Assembly: GCA_016191395.1 (NCBI GenBank)
Contig: JACPOS010000004.1
Location: 4,166 to 68,165 of the forward strand
Reading direction: 5' to 3'
Origin: Chloroflexota bacterium
Lineage (GTDB): Bacteria; Chloroflexota; Limnocylindria; Limnocylindrales; CSP1-4
Length of the DNA: 64,000 nt
The position numbers and the translations under genes were made by a program. Numbering within the stretch: the first letter of the stretch is position 1; the number at the start of each line of letters is the position of its first letter. The notes under the pieces are model-generated. The model saw nothing but the letters and a program-made list of their open reading frames with translations, had not been told where the DNA came from and searched no databases. Shown piece by piece: positions 39,735-49,039 of the stretch.

Positions 39735-41008
39735 CAGGCGGCGGGCTCGTGCGCGACGACGGTGAACCCGTCGTCGGTGGCGTCGGTGACGCGGGCGGTG
39801 AAGCCCGGGAGGCCCTCAACGCCGGAATCCAGGTCGACGCCGGGATCGTGGCTGACGGCGAAGATGAAAACACCCTTCTCGCCGGACGACACGCTCACGG
39901 AGCGGACGCCGGGCAGCTGCCCCAGCGCACCCTTGAAGGCGGAGATGCCGGCGACGCTCGTCAGGCCGCTCACGAGGAGGCGGGTGGCGTCCGGGCCGTT
40001 CGCGTCAACCGGGGCTGCGACGGGATCCGCGCGCCGGGCGGCGGCGAGCACGGCCGTCGGCCAGGCCTCGCCCGTGGACTGATCGAGACCCTCGCTCGCT
40101 TCGGCCTCGGCTTCGGCGGCGGCGTCGGCCTGGAGGCCGGGACTGGGCTCGTCCATCAGGTCGGTTGCAGCAGGGCCGTCGCCACGGAGGTCCGGCGGAT
40201 CAGGCGCCTGCTCGGCCAGCGTCGCGAGTCGCGCGGGGTCGCTCTCTGCGAGGAGGCGGGTGAAGAACTGGTCCATGTCCGCCTCGAAGGAGGAGACCGT
40301 GGACTGGACTTCGTCGACCAGCCGGTCGACGCTCGCAGCGTGGCGCTCGGTCTCGGCGGCGAGCTCCGCCTTGCGGGACTCGATGCGGTCGTCGGTCTCC
40401 TGGCGGACCCGCGCCATCTCGGCCTTCGACCACTCGCGAATCGCGCTCACGTCCTCGTCGGCGCGCTTGCGGAGGCCGGCAGCCTCCGTCGTGGCACGGG
40501 CGCGGATCGCCTCGACCCTGGCCGTCGCCTCGGCCGCGAGGCGGGCGGTCGTCTCTTCGCGGCTCGCCACCGCGGCCTCGCGCATCGCCTTGACCAGGCC
40601 CGCGACGAGCGGGTTGTCGCGGCGCGTGATCCGCGGCTCGGCGGGCGTGAACGGTCGATCGGGCCCGCGCCGATCAGTGGTGGGCCAGGCGCCGCGAGGC
40701 GCGTCCGGCTCGGCGGCCTGAACGTGCTCGTCGGGTGGGGCCGCGGCGGAATCGGGAGTTGGCGCGTCGGCGTCGAGCATCGCGGCCTCTGGGGTCTCGT
40801 CCTGGTTGTCGGGCGCGGCCGGCGCCGCGTCCGTGGTCGGTTCGTGCGCGGCGTCTGCGAGCCTGAATGGGCCTTCGCCGAGGTCGTCGCGCCCCCCGCC
40901 GGTTCGGGCATCGAGCGTGGCGGGATCGAGCGGCTCGGCATCGACACCCTCGTCCGGGCGCTCGGCGCCCCACGGAAGGCGGAAGCCGCGTTTCTGGTTG
41001 CTCGACAT
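39734..41008 (-). CDS. hypothetical coiled-coil protein with acidic/Pro-rich N-terminus
   Basis: ATG at 41008 (MSSNQKRGF). Central long helical A/E/R-rich segment (RLAAEATARVEAIRARATTEAAGLRKRADEDV...). Compact C-terminal domain. Translationally coupled to the ParA-like gene. Confidence 0.6.
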   Translation of the reverse strand: MSSNQKRGFRLPWGAERPDEGVDAEPLDPATLDARTGGGRDDLGEGPFRLADAAHEPTTDAAPAAPDNQDETPEAAMLDADAPTPDSAAAPPDEHVQAAEPDAPRGAWPTTDRRGPDRPFTPAEPRITRRDNPLVAGLVKAMREAAVASREETTARLAAEATARVEAIRARATTEAAGLRKRADEDVSAIREWSKAEMARVRQETDDRIESRKAELAAETERHAASVDRLVDEVQSTVSSFEADMDQFFTRLLAESDPARLATLAEQAPDPPDLRGDGPAATDLMDEPSPGLQADAAAEAEAEASEGLDQSTGEAWPTAVLAAARRADPVAAPVDANGPDATRLLVSGLTSVAGISAFKGALGQLPGVRSVSVSSGEKGVFIFAVSHDPGVDLDSGVEGLPGFTARVTDATDDGFTVVAHEPAA

Positions 41009-41146
41009 CGCTCGACGGTCCCTCGGGGCGTGGTAGCCCGGCTCGTTCCGGTGCCGGACGAAGGGGATGGTCGTGGTCCGGACCCGTCTGGGGTAGTGAG
41101 CCGGTGGTACTTCGGCGAAGGCCGGAGGTACCGGTACCCTGTACTG

Positions 41147-42178
41147 ATGCCACCCGCTGCACCACGCGATCGCCTCGGCCGGGCACTGCACGACCTGCGG
41201 ATCTCCATCACGGACCGCTGCAACTTCCGCTGCCCGTACTGCATGCCAAGCGAGGTCTTCGGGCGGGACTACGAGTTCCTGCCCCACGACCAGATCCTTC
41301 GGTACGAGGAGATCGCGCGGCTCGCCTCCGTGTTCGTTGGCCTGGGCGTCCGCAAGCTCCGGATCACGGGCGGCGAACCCACCGTGCGGCGTGGCCTGCC
41401 GGAGCTCGTCGCCATGCTCGCCGCGCTCAGGGCGCCGGATGGCGAGCCCCTGGACCTCGCGATGACCACCAACGGCTCCGCGCTCCGGCATCTCTCCCGG
41501 CCGCTGGCCGACGCCGGCCTCCGCAGGGTCACCGTGTCCCTGGATTCGCTGGACGATGCGACCTTCCGGCGCATGAACGGGATCGACTTCCCGGTCGCGA
41601 AGGTCCTCGACGGCATCGACGCGGCGGTCGAGGCGGGCCTCGGGCCCGTCAAGGTCAACGTCGTGCTGAAGCGCGGCGAGAACGACGGCGGCATCCTGGA
41701 TCTGGCCCGCTGGGCACGCGACGCCGGCCATGTCCTCCGCTTCATCGAGTACATGGACGTCGGCACGACGAACGGCTGGCGCCTTGACGAGGTGGTCGCG
41801 GCGATGGAGGTCATCGAGACGATCGGTCGCGAGTGGCCGCTCGAGGCGGCGTCCCCCCAGTACACGGGCGAGGTTGCCGAGCGCTGGCGATACGCGGACG
41901 GGCGGGGCGAGATCGGGGTCATCGCCTCGGTGACGCGACCGTTCTGCGGTGACTGCACCCGTGCCCGGATCTCTGCCGAGGGCAAGCTGTACACGTGCCT
42001 CTTCAGCGCGATCGGGCACGACCTGCGGGGGCCGATGCGAGCCGGTGAATCCGACGATGGGCTGGCCGATCTCGTCGCCGGCCTATGGGGCGCCCGCGAC
42101 GACCGCTACTCCGAGCGACGCGCCGCGGCCACGGAGCGGCCGCTGCCAAAGATCGAGATGTTCGCGCTCGGCGGCTGA
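41147..42178 (+). CDS. moaA: GTP 3',8-cyclase (molybdenum cofactor biosynthesis protein A)
   Basis: Radical-SAM CNFRCPYC motif, C-terminal FCGDCTRARISAEGKLYTCLF cluster motif, and a terminal GG. Confidence 0.92.
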   Translation: MPPAAPRDRLGRALHDLRISITDRCNFRCPYCMPSEVFGRDYEFLPHDQILRYEEIARLASVFVGLGVRKLRITGGEPTVRRGLPELVAMLAALRAPDGEPLDLAMTTNGSALRHLSRPLADAGLRRVTVSLDSLDDATFRRMNGIDFPVAKVLDGIDAAVEAGLGPVKVNVVLKRGENDGGILDLARWARDAGHVLRFIEYMDVGTTNGWRLDEVVAAMEVIETIGREWPLEAASPQYTGEVAERWRYADGRGEIGVIASVTRPFCGDCTRARISAEGKLYTCLFSAIGHDLRGPMRAGESDDGLADLVAGLWGARDDRYSERRAAATERPLPKIEMFALGG

Positions 42179-42187
42179 GGTTCGACC

Positions 42188-42439
42188 GTGGACGAGGAGT
42201 ACCGGCGGTCGTTCCGGGAACGCGCTCGACGGCGGGCCGGCGCCAGAGGGCTGTTGATCCTCGCCCCGATCATGATCGTCGTCGCCCTTGCGAGCCTCAA
42301 CGGGCCAACTGACCTCGCCGCCGGCGACATTCGTTCCAATCCCGCCTTCAGACTCCTGGCTGCGGGTTCACTCATCACGTTGGCCCTGTTCCTGTTCATC
42401 GGTTCGGTTCGCCTGCTTCGTCGCGATCCGCCCCCTTGA
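42188..42439 (+). CDS. small hypothetical membrane protein (83 aa, two TM)
   Basis: GTG is preceded by GAGG, 9 nt after the moaA stop. Two hydrophobic helices. No family recognised. Confidence 0.45.
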   Translation: MDEEYRRSFRERARRRAGARGLLILAPIMIVVALASLNGPTDLAAGDIRSNPAFRLLAAGSLITLALFLFIGSVRLLRRDPPP

Positions 42440-42445
42440 CTGACC

Positions 42446-42520
42446 TTGTCCACGACGTGTCCACATCGGGCCAAAGGTCGTGGACAGCCTGACCGTCGAA
42501 GCGCGAAAAGTCGTGGATAA
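42446..42520. promoter_or_regulatory. cluster of four DnaA-box-like 9-mers
   Basis: TTGTCCACG (42446-42454, +), GTGTCCACA (42457-42465, +), CTGTCCACG (42479-42487, -) and TTATCCACG (42512-42520, -). Confidence 0.4.
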
Positions 42521-42782
42521 CCCGGTCGACAGCGACTGAAGCCGGCGGCACCATTCGCCTTGCCCGAAGGGGCCGCCAGGGTTGAGGGACCGAGATCACA
42601 TCAAGGGACCTCCTGCCAGGGCCGGTCGCTTCGGGCGCTTCTGTACCCGGTCGCGACGGCGTTCCTGCGCCGTCCCCGGGGCGGCCTGACGGGACGCGAC
42701 CGGCATCCCGGTGTCGGTACTCCCGTCGGGCCCGCAGAAGTTCTCCGCCCGACCCCACACCGCCCACGAACGGCGCTAGCCT

Positions 42783-43646
42783 GTGCGCGTGAACCCGGGG
42801 GCACCCATCCCGCCCATCGACCAGCCCGCGCGCCTGGATGCGCTCGAGGCGGCCGTCCGAGCCCGCACCGACCTGGTGCCGGAGCTGGGGATCGTCCTTG
42901 GCTCCGGGCTCGGCGGGCTTGCGGACGACCTGGAGGATGCCGTCGCCATCCCGTTCGCCGAGCTTCCCGGCTGGCCGGCGGCGACCGCGCCCGGCCATGT
43001 CGGCCGCCTGCTGCTCGGCCGGCTGGCGGGCCGTCCGGTCGTGCTGCTCCAGGGCCGGTTCCACCTGTACGAGGGCAATGCGCCCGGCCTGGTGATCCAG
43101 CCGGTGCTGCTCTTCCGCAGACTGGGAGCCGCCGCGGTGATCCTGACCAACGCCGCCGGCGGCCTCGACCCATCCTTCGGCCCGGGAACGCTGATGGTCA
43201 TCAGCGACCACCTCAACTTCACCGGCCTGAACCCGCTGATCGGCGCGAACGCGGACGCGATCGGGGAGCGCTTCCCTGACCTGACGGATGCCTGGAGCCG
43301 GCGCCTTCGGGCGCGCCTGCACGAAGCGGGCCGTGCAGAGGGCGTGGACCTGGCTGAGGGCATCTACGTGGGCCTGACCGGCCCCAACTACGAGACGCCC
43401 GCCGAGGTCCGCCTGTACGCGCAGATGGGCGGCCACGCCGTGGGCATGTCGACGGTGATGGAGTGCATCGCCGCCCGTTGGGCCGGCCTGGAGGTGTGCG
43501 GCATCTCCCTGGTCACGAACGCGGGCGCCGGCTACTCGGGTGAGCCGCTGACCCATGCCGAGGTGCTGGCGGCCGGCGCGGAGGCCGGACCGAGGTTCGC
43601 CCGCGTCGTGAGGCGGTTCGTCGCCGACTTCGTCACATCGGCCTGA
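42783..43646 (+). CDS. purine nucleoside phosphorylase (PNP/MTAP family)
   Basis: GIVLGSGLGGLAD, GHVGRLLLG, GRFHLYEG and MSTVMECIAA motifs are present. Confidence 0.88.
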   Translation: MRVNPGAPIPPIDQPARLDALEAAVRARTDLVPELGIVLGSGLGGLADDLEDAVAIPFAELPGWPAATAPGHVGRLLLGRLAGRPVVLLQGRFHLYEGNAPGLVIQPVLLFRRLGAAAVILTNAAGGLDPSFGPGTLMVISDHLNFTGLNPLIGANADAIGERFPDLTDAWSRRLRARLHEAGRAEGVDLAEGIYVGLTGPNYETPAEVRLYAQMGGHAVGMSTVMECIAARWAGLEVCGISLVTNAGAGYSGEPLTHAEVLAAGAEAGPRFARVVRRFVADFVTSA

Positions 43647-43663
43647 TCACGCGACTCAGGGTC

Positions 43664-44410
43664 GTGATGCGCGCGCGCGCGCGACCCACCGACCGCCACC
43701 GTCGTTCGGTCGTCACGATCGTCACCCTCACGCTCGCCCTCGCAGGCTGCGGGGGAGCCGGCGGGAGCACTGACCCTGGCGTCCCCGGTGCCGACGATGC
43801 GTCCGCAGGGCCCGCCGTCACGTCGTCGGCCGCGCCGCGGCCGTCCGGGACGCTGTCGTGGCCGTCGGAGTTCGGCGTGGACCTGGTGCCGGGGACGTAC
43901 TTCAGCTCGCCGCCGTTCGACGTGCCGTTCACCCTCACGGTGGCCGAGACAGGCTGGCAGACGGGTCATCTGCACTCGGAGCTCTTCGACCTGATCCGGT
44001 TCGACGGCCTGCCGGAGACGGACCTGCCAGCCGTCCTGTTCGGGTTCTCGGTGCCCACGATGGTCCGCGGCGCCGGCGGCAACAAGCCCGCGGCGGGCAT
44101 GACCCCGGACGCTGCCATCGACGGGCTCGCCACCCGCGCGGACATCACGGCAACGAACCGCGCCGGCGTCGACCTGTTCGGTCGCTCGGGGGCCCGTGTG
44201 GACCTGCACGCCGACGTTGACAACACCGCGCTTTTCGGGGGTCCTGCCGGCAACTTCGGCCTCGGGCCGGAGCGGAACGTGCGGATCGCCGCGGTCGCGT
44301 TCGGCGGCGGGCTGCTGCTGGTCCTCGTGATGGCGCCGCCGGGCGAGGTCGAGGAGGCGTGGGACCGGGTCCAACCGATCCTCGCCTCGATCGCGCTCCC
44401 GGGCGCGTAG
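43664..44410 (+). CDS. hypothetical lipoprotein
   Basis: TLTLALAGCG lipobox follows a basic N-terminus. No family recognised. Confidence 0.6.
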   Translation: MMRARARPTDRHRRSVVTIVTLTLALAGCGGAGGSTDPGVPGADDASAGPAVTSSAAPRPSGTLSWPSEFGVDLVPGTYFSSPPFDVPFTLTVAETGWQTGHLHSELFDLIRFDGLPETDLPAVLFGFSVPTMVRGAGGNKPAAGMTPDAAIDGLATRADITATNRAGVDLFGRSGARVDLHADVDNTALFGGPAGNFGLGPERNVRIAAVAFGGGLLLVLVMAPPGEVEEAWDRVQPILASIALPGA

Positions 44411-44419
44411 CCCGAGGCG

Positions 44420-45277
44420 CTAGCTGCTGACGGGCAGCTCGCGGCCGGCCGCGCGGGCGGCCTTCGCCTTCTCCGCCCAGGCTTCCAGGACCTTGTCCTT
44501 GTGCGGGCGGATGGGGCAGTGGCCGTCGCGGTTGTTCATCTCGTCGCAGTAGCCGAGCGGCACGCACTTGGGCGCCAGGAACGAGCCCAGGAAGGGGCTG
44601 ACCTGGAAGATCTCGTGCCGGATCAGCTGGAAGAGGCGCCGGATCTCCCACTGGGCCATCGTGCACAGGCGCAGCCCGGACATGTGGATGAGCGCACGGA
44701 GGTTGACCGTCATCACGAGGTTGGTGCGAGTGGCATTCGGAAAGACGAAGCGGGCGTCCTCGCCGGGGATGCCCGCGCTGACGAGATCGCCGTACAGCGA
44801 CATCGCGCCATGGATCTGCTCCTCGTACTCGGCCCGGATCGCGGGATCCGCCTCGGCGATCGTCTGGGGCAGCATCGTGGCCGCCTTCTTGAACGTGACG
44901 TAGCGCTGGCTCTGCTGGTCGAACGCCACGCCGGCGCGGTGGCGGACGAGCTGGTGCGAGAGCGTGCGCGACACGCCGCTGATGCCGAACGTGAAGACGA
45001 CGTGCTCGATCGTGGACCCGTGGCCGGATTCGATGACGTTGGAGATCAGGCGCTGCATCTTCGCGGTCTCGATCTCGCCGGTCGCGGCCCTGGTGAAGAT
45101 GTCCTCCGGGGTGAGCTCCGAGTAGCACGTCCGGCAGGCCGTGTAGATCAGCGGGACGTAGTACTGCTCCACGATCTCGCGGTTCGGGAACAGCAGCGTC
45201 GCCTTGAGCCCCAGCTCGGCGCGACCGGGATTCCTGGGGATGCCTTTCGGCGCTTCTCCAGCCGTCTGCAGGGTCAT
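44420..45277 (-). CDS. thyX: FAD-dependent thymidylate synthase
   Basis: ThyX signature RHRAGVAFDQQSQRY (RHR...S..R). 285 aa. Confidence 0.92.
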   Translation of the reverse strand: MTLQTAGEAPKGIPRNPGRAELGLKATLLFPNREIVEQYYVPLIYTACRTCYSELTPEDIFTRAATGEIETAKMQRLISNVIESGHGSTIEHVVFTFGISGVSRTLSHQLVRHRAGVAFDQQSQRYVTFKKAATMLPQTIAEADPAIRAEYEEQIHGAMSLYGDLVSAGIPGEDARFVFPNATRTNLVMTVNLRALIHMSGLRLCTMAQWEIRRLFQLIRHEIFQVSPFLGSFLAPKCVPLGYCDEMNNRDGHCPIRPHKDKVLEAWAEKAKAARAAGRELPVSS

Positions 45278-45286
45278 GGCCGGAGT

Positions 45287-45730
45287 CTAGCCGGACTGGT
45301 CATCCGCCTCGTCGAGGAGGTCGCGCAGGTCGTCGAGGTAACCGGACCAGTACGCCTCGTGGTCGTCCCGGATCGCGTCGTCCGCGCCCGCCTCCGACCA
45401 GCCCTCGTGGACGAGGTCGATCCGCGAGCCGCCCCCGGGCACGCCCGCGACCGTCCACCGGACGAGGGTGGGTGCCGCCACCCCGGGGTCGGCGTCGCGC
45501 CATGCCCACTCGTGGGCGAACGCGCGACCGGGCTCCACGGCGACGATGCGACCTTCGACGATGCTGTCATCGCCGAAGTCGATCCGATAGCTGTCGCCCA
45601 GCGCTCCCAGCGGCGAGGTCTCCGCGAACCAGCGCGCCACGAGGTCGGGATCGGTGATGAACGCCCACGCGCGGCTCGGTGCGGCCCGGGTCTCAATGCC
45701 CAGGGTGATCGGGTCGATGTGGTCACTCAT
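45287..45730 (-). CDS. SRPBCC/AHSA1-like domain protein
   Basis: 147 aa. The pattern APSRAWAFITDPDLVARWF...VEGRIVAVEPGRAFAHEW is typical of the START/AHSA1 fold. Start overlaps the upstream stop. Confidence 0.7.
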   Translation of the reverse strand: MSDHIDPITLGIETRAAPSRAWAFITDPDLVARWFAETSPLGALGDSYRIDFGDDSIVEGRIVAVEPGRAFAHEWAWRDADPGVAAPTLVRWTVAGVPGGGSRIDLVHEGWSEAGADDAIRDDHEAYWSGYLDDLRDLLDEADDQSG

Positions 45731-48456
45731 GTCGCGCTCCGTTGCAGCTCGCCGACCGGGATGTCCAGGCCGTACGCGACGATCTCGTCAAGGGACATCG
45801 CCGCGCCCTCACGGGCGAGCTCGTCCAGGTTGTCCCCGCCCAGCGCCAGCCTGACGTTGGGGCGGGATCGAAGCTCCACCGCCTCGTCGACCAGCGACGC
45901 GAGCGTGGCGCCGGTGGTCGAGGTGAACCCTCGCGCCGCGCCCCACAGGCGGGCCGCCCGTTCGAACTGCTCGCCACCGACGGCGTGCGACGACAGGTCG
46001 TCGAGGACCAGGGTGATCCCGGCGGTGTCGCTGGCGTCGTAGAACAGGCGCAGGGCTCGTCGGAGGTCCGCGGCCGCCTCGTCCAGCCGGCCCGCCCGGA
46101 GGAGCGCCCCGCCGAGGATGTGGAGCGTCCACGCCTCCATCGTCCGGTCACCGACCTTGCGGAACTTCTCCATCGCAAGGCGCAGGTCCTCGGACGCCGG
46201 GTCCACGTGGCCCCGGAAGTAGAGCATGTTGCCGAGGCCCCACAGGATGGTCGCCTCGCCGCGCTCGTCGCCGATCCCTCGATAGAGCGCGAGCGCCTCG
46301 TTGAGGAGCGCGACGGCGGTCGCGTGGGCGTCGCCGTTGACGACGAGCTCCGGCGGCGCCGCGTCGGGGACGGTGAACACGAACGAGAAGTTGTAGATCG
46401 CGTTCGCCAGCTCCGCCGGGTTGTCCTGCGTGCGCCAGATCTCGACGGCCTCCCGGTACGCCGGGCCCATCGCCACGAGGTCGCCCTGCCACCAGGCCAC
46501 GCCACCCAGCGCCTCCATGAGGCGAGCGCGCAGGACCGGGTCGCGCCGCGACCAGCCGGCGGCCGCCATCGCTTCGAGGCGCCGCCTCGCCTCGTACAGG
46601 TGGCCGCGCTTCTGCCAGAACCGCCACGTGTGAAACGCGAGCGTGATGGCCGTGCCGGCATCCCCTCGGGCCGCCGCGCGATCCATGGCGACGCGGATGT
46701 TGTCGTGCGCGCGCTCGAACCGGCCAAGCCACTCCCGCTGGGCATCGCCGTTCAGCTGAGCCGACGCGCGCGTCGCCAGATCCGCGAACCATGCGCCATG
46801 GCGTCGCTCCAGCTCCTCGCGCTGCCCGCGTGTCTCGAGCATCTCCGTCGCGAACTCGCGGATGGTCTCGAGCATCTGGAAGCCGGGCGCGCTTGCGTCG
46901 TCGATGGAGCGGATGAGGCTCTGGTTGGCGAGCGAGAGCAGTCCGTCGAGCGGGTCCTGGCCAAGCTCCGACGCCGGGCCACAGACGACCTCCGCGGCCT
47001 CCAGCTCGATGTGGCCGGCGAAGACCGACAGCCGGTCCAGGAGGAGCCGACAGGCCTCGTCGAGGATGTCGTAGCTCCACGCGATCGCCCCGCGCAGGGT
47101 CTGCTGCCGCTCGGGCAGGTCGCGCGAGCCGGCCGCGAGGATGCTCAGCTGGTGCTCCAGGCGCGCGAGGATCGCATCTGGGGCGAGCAGCTTGACCCGC
47201 GCCGCCGCGAGCTCGATGGCGAGCGGCATGCCGTGCAGCCGCGCGCAGATGGCGGCAACCGCGGGCGCGTTCTCGTTGGTGATCTCGAAGCCCGGCCGGA
47301 CTGCCCCGGCACGAGCGATGAACAGCCGCACCGCCTCGTACGTCGAGAGGGCCTCGGGCGTGACGCTGCGCGCCGATTCGGGGAGGTTCGCGCGCTCGAA
47401 CGCGGTCAGGTTGCTGATGTCCGGCGGTGTGGGCAGGCCGGGGACGGGGTACTCCTGCTCGCCCGAGACGTGCAGGGGAGCGCGAGAGGTTGCGAGCGCC
47501 TTCAGGCCCGGGGCGCTGCGCAGCAGCTCGGCGACGACCGGGCCGGCGTCGAGGACCTGCTCGAAGTTGTCCAGGACGAACAGGACCTGCTTGCCGGACA
47601 GCCATTCGACCAGGACCTCGGATGCGGTGCGGTGCGCCGGCTCGGCGATCCCGATGGCCGCCGCCAATCGCGACGGAACGAGCCCAGGATCACGCACGGT
47701 CTCCAGGGCGACGAAGAAGATCCCGCCCGGGAAATCCTCGGCCGCGTTCGCGGCAACCTGCAGCGAGAGGCGAGTCTTCCCGGTGCCGCCCGGCCCGGTC
47801 ATGGTCACGAGCCGGTTCGACGCCAGGAGCGCGCCAGCCTCCGCCAGCTCGTGCTCGCGCCCCACGAACGAGGTGAGCTGCGTCGGCAGGTTGTTCGGCC
47901 GGACGTCCAGCGAGCGGAGCGGCGGGAACTCGAGGCGCAGGCCGTTGGCCACGACCTGGGAGAGCGGCTGCGGCTCGCGCAGGTCCTTCAGCCGGTGGTT
48001 GCCCAGCCCGCGAAGCGAGACGGACGGGTCGAGGTCCGGTGCGACCAGCGTTCGGACCGCGTCCGAGACCACGATCTGCCCGCCGTGGGCCGCGGCGGCG
48101 ATCCGGGCAGCGCGGTTGATGTCGATGCCCACCAGGCCGGCCGCGGAGCTCGACGCCTCGCCAGCGTGCATGCCCATGCGGACCCGGACCTCGACGCCCT
48201 CGGGCCACGCCTCCGCCGCCAGCGCCCGCTGGCCCTCGATGGCGGCGAGCAGCGCGTCCCGTGCGCGGTCGAAGAGGACGAAGAAGGAGTCGCCCTCGGT
48301 GTTCTCCTCGCGCCCGCCATGGCTGGCGAAGGCGGCCCTGAGGATCGCGGCCTGCCGCTCCAGCACGACCGTGTAGGCGGCGCTGCCGAGCTCATCGAGC
48401 AGGCGGGTGGAGCCCTCGATGTCCGAGAACAGGAACGTCAGCGTGCCGGTCGCCAC
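45727..48456 (-). CDS. class III adenylate/guanylate cyclase fused to a STAND/AAA ATPase and TPR repeats
   Basis: Cyclase motifs FLFSDIEGSTRL, TEGDSFFVLF and INRAARI. P-loop MTGPGGTGKTRL. Long C-terminal helical-repeat (TPR-like) region. No C-terminal HTH. Confidence 0.88.
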   Translation of the reverse strand: MATGTLTFLFSDIEGSTRLLDELGSAAYTVVLERQAAILRAAFASHGGREENTEGDSFFVLFDRARDALLAAIEGQRALAAEAWPEGVEVRVRMGMHAGEASSSAAGLVGIDINRAARIAAAAHGGQIVVSDAVRTLVAPDLDPSVSLRGLGNHRLKDLREPQPLSQVVANGLRLEFPPLRSLDVRPNNLPTQLTSFVGREHELAEAGALLASNRLVTMTGPGGTGKTRLSLQVAANAAEDFPGGIFFVALETVRDPGLVPSRLAAAIGIAEPAHRTASEVLVEWLSGKQVLFVLDNFEQVLDAGPVVAELLRSAPGLKALATSRAPLHVSGEQEYPVPGLPTPPDISNLTAFERANLPESARSVTPEALSTYEAVRLFIARAGAVRPGFEITNENAPAVAAICARLHGMPLAIELAAARVKLLAPDAILARLEHQLSILAAGSRDLPERQQTLRGAIAWSYDILDEACRLLLDRLSVFAGHIELEAAEVVCGPASELGQDPLDGLLSLANQSLIRSIDDASAPGFQMLETIREFATEMLETRGQREELERRHGAWFADLATRASAQLNGDAQREWLGRFERAHDNIRVAMDRAAARGDAGTAITLAFHTWRFWQKRGHLYEARRRLEAMAAAGWSRRDPVLRARLMEALGGVAWWQGDLVAMGPAYREAVEIWRTQDNPAELANAIYNFSFVFTVPDAAPPELVVNGDAHATAVALLNEALALYRGIGDERGEATILWGLGNMLYFRGHVDPASEDLRLAMEKFRKVGDRTMEAWTLHILGGALLRAGRLDEAAADLRRALRLFYDASDTAGITLVLDDLSSHAVGGEQFERAARLWGAARGFTSTTGATLASLVDEAVELRSRPNVRLALGGDNLDELAREGAAMSLDEIVAYGLDIPVGELQRSAT

Positions 48457-48465
48457 GCGCCGGCC

Positions 48466-48894
48466 TCAGTGCCGCGCGGACTCGGTGGCGTCGCGCAGGC
48501 GTGTCGCGACGCCGCGCAGGATCGTCAACGTGAGCGCCGGCTGCTCCAGGAGGACCTTCTCGAAGTCCCACGATGCGAGCGCGAGGCAGGTCGTCGCCAC
48601 CTCTGCCAGGACCGACGCGTTGCGCGGCATCCGATCCAGGATGGACAGCTCACCGAAGAACTCGCCGGGTCCCAGCCGAGCGACCAGCTCGCCGTCGCGG
48701 ACGACGCGGACCGACCCGCTGATCACCACGAAGAAACCGGTGCCGATATCGCCCTGGCGAGCGATGACGTGGCCCGGCGGGAAATCGACCGGCGTTGCGA
48801 CATCGGCCAGCCCGGCCAGTCCGGTCGCGTCGATCCCCTTGAAGAGGGGGCAGCCCGCCAGCAGCTCTGCGCGCCGGTCGTGGGTGAGCGTCAT
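48466..48894 (-). CDS. stand-alone cyclic-nucleotide-binding domain protein
   Basis: 142 aa from the ATG at 48894. Phosphate-binding cassette GEFFGELSILDRMPRNASV is intact. No output domain. Confidence 0.8.
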   Translation of the reverse strand: MTLTHDRRAELLAGCPLFKGIDATGLAGLADVATPVDFPPGHVIARQGDIGTGFFVVISGSVRVVRDGELVARLGPGEFFGELSILDRMPRNASVLAEVATTCLALASWDFEKVLLEQPALTLTILRGVATRLRDATESARH

Positions 48895-49039
48895 CGGTCC
48901 TCCATGTGCCTCTGGGCATCCACGATGCTGACCCCCAGCCCGCGCGGCGTCAACTCGTGGCACGTTACCGCGCAGGAGCGCAGAATCGGGGCCTGACAAC
49001 GACACCGCGCCCGTTGCCGCGCGGACCTTGGAGGACTCG

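Noticed and set aside
41009-41146. Moco riboswitch upstream of moaA.
   Set aside because: The 138-bp divergent spacer shows only a weak GGTACC-containing dyad and nothing resembling the Moco motif. More likely it holds just two divergent promoters.
42440-42782. Chromosomal replication origin (oriC).
   Set aside because: There are only four boxes, no AT-rich unwinding element, and no dnaA/dnaN/rpmH/gyrB nearby. It is reported only as a DnaA-box-like cluster.
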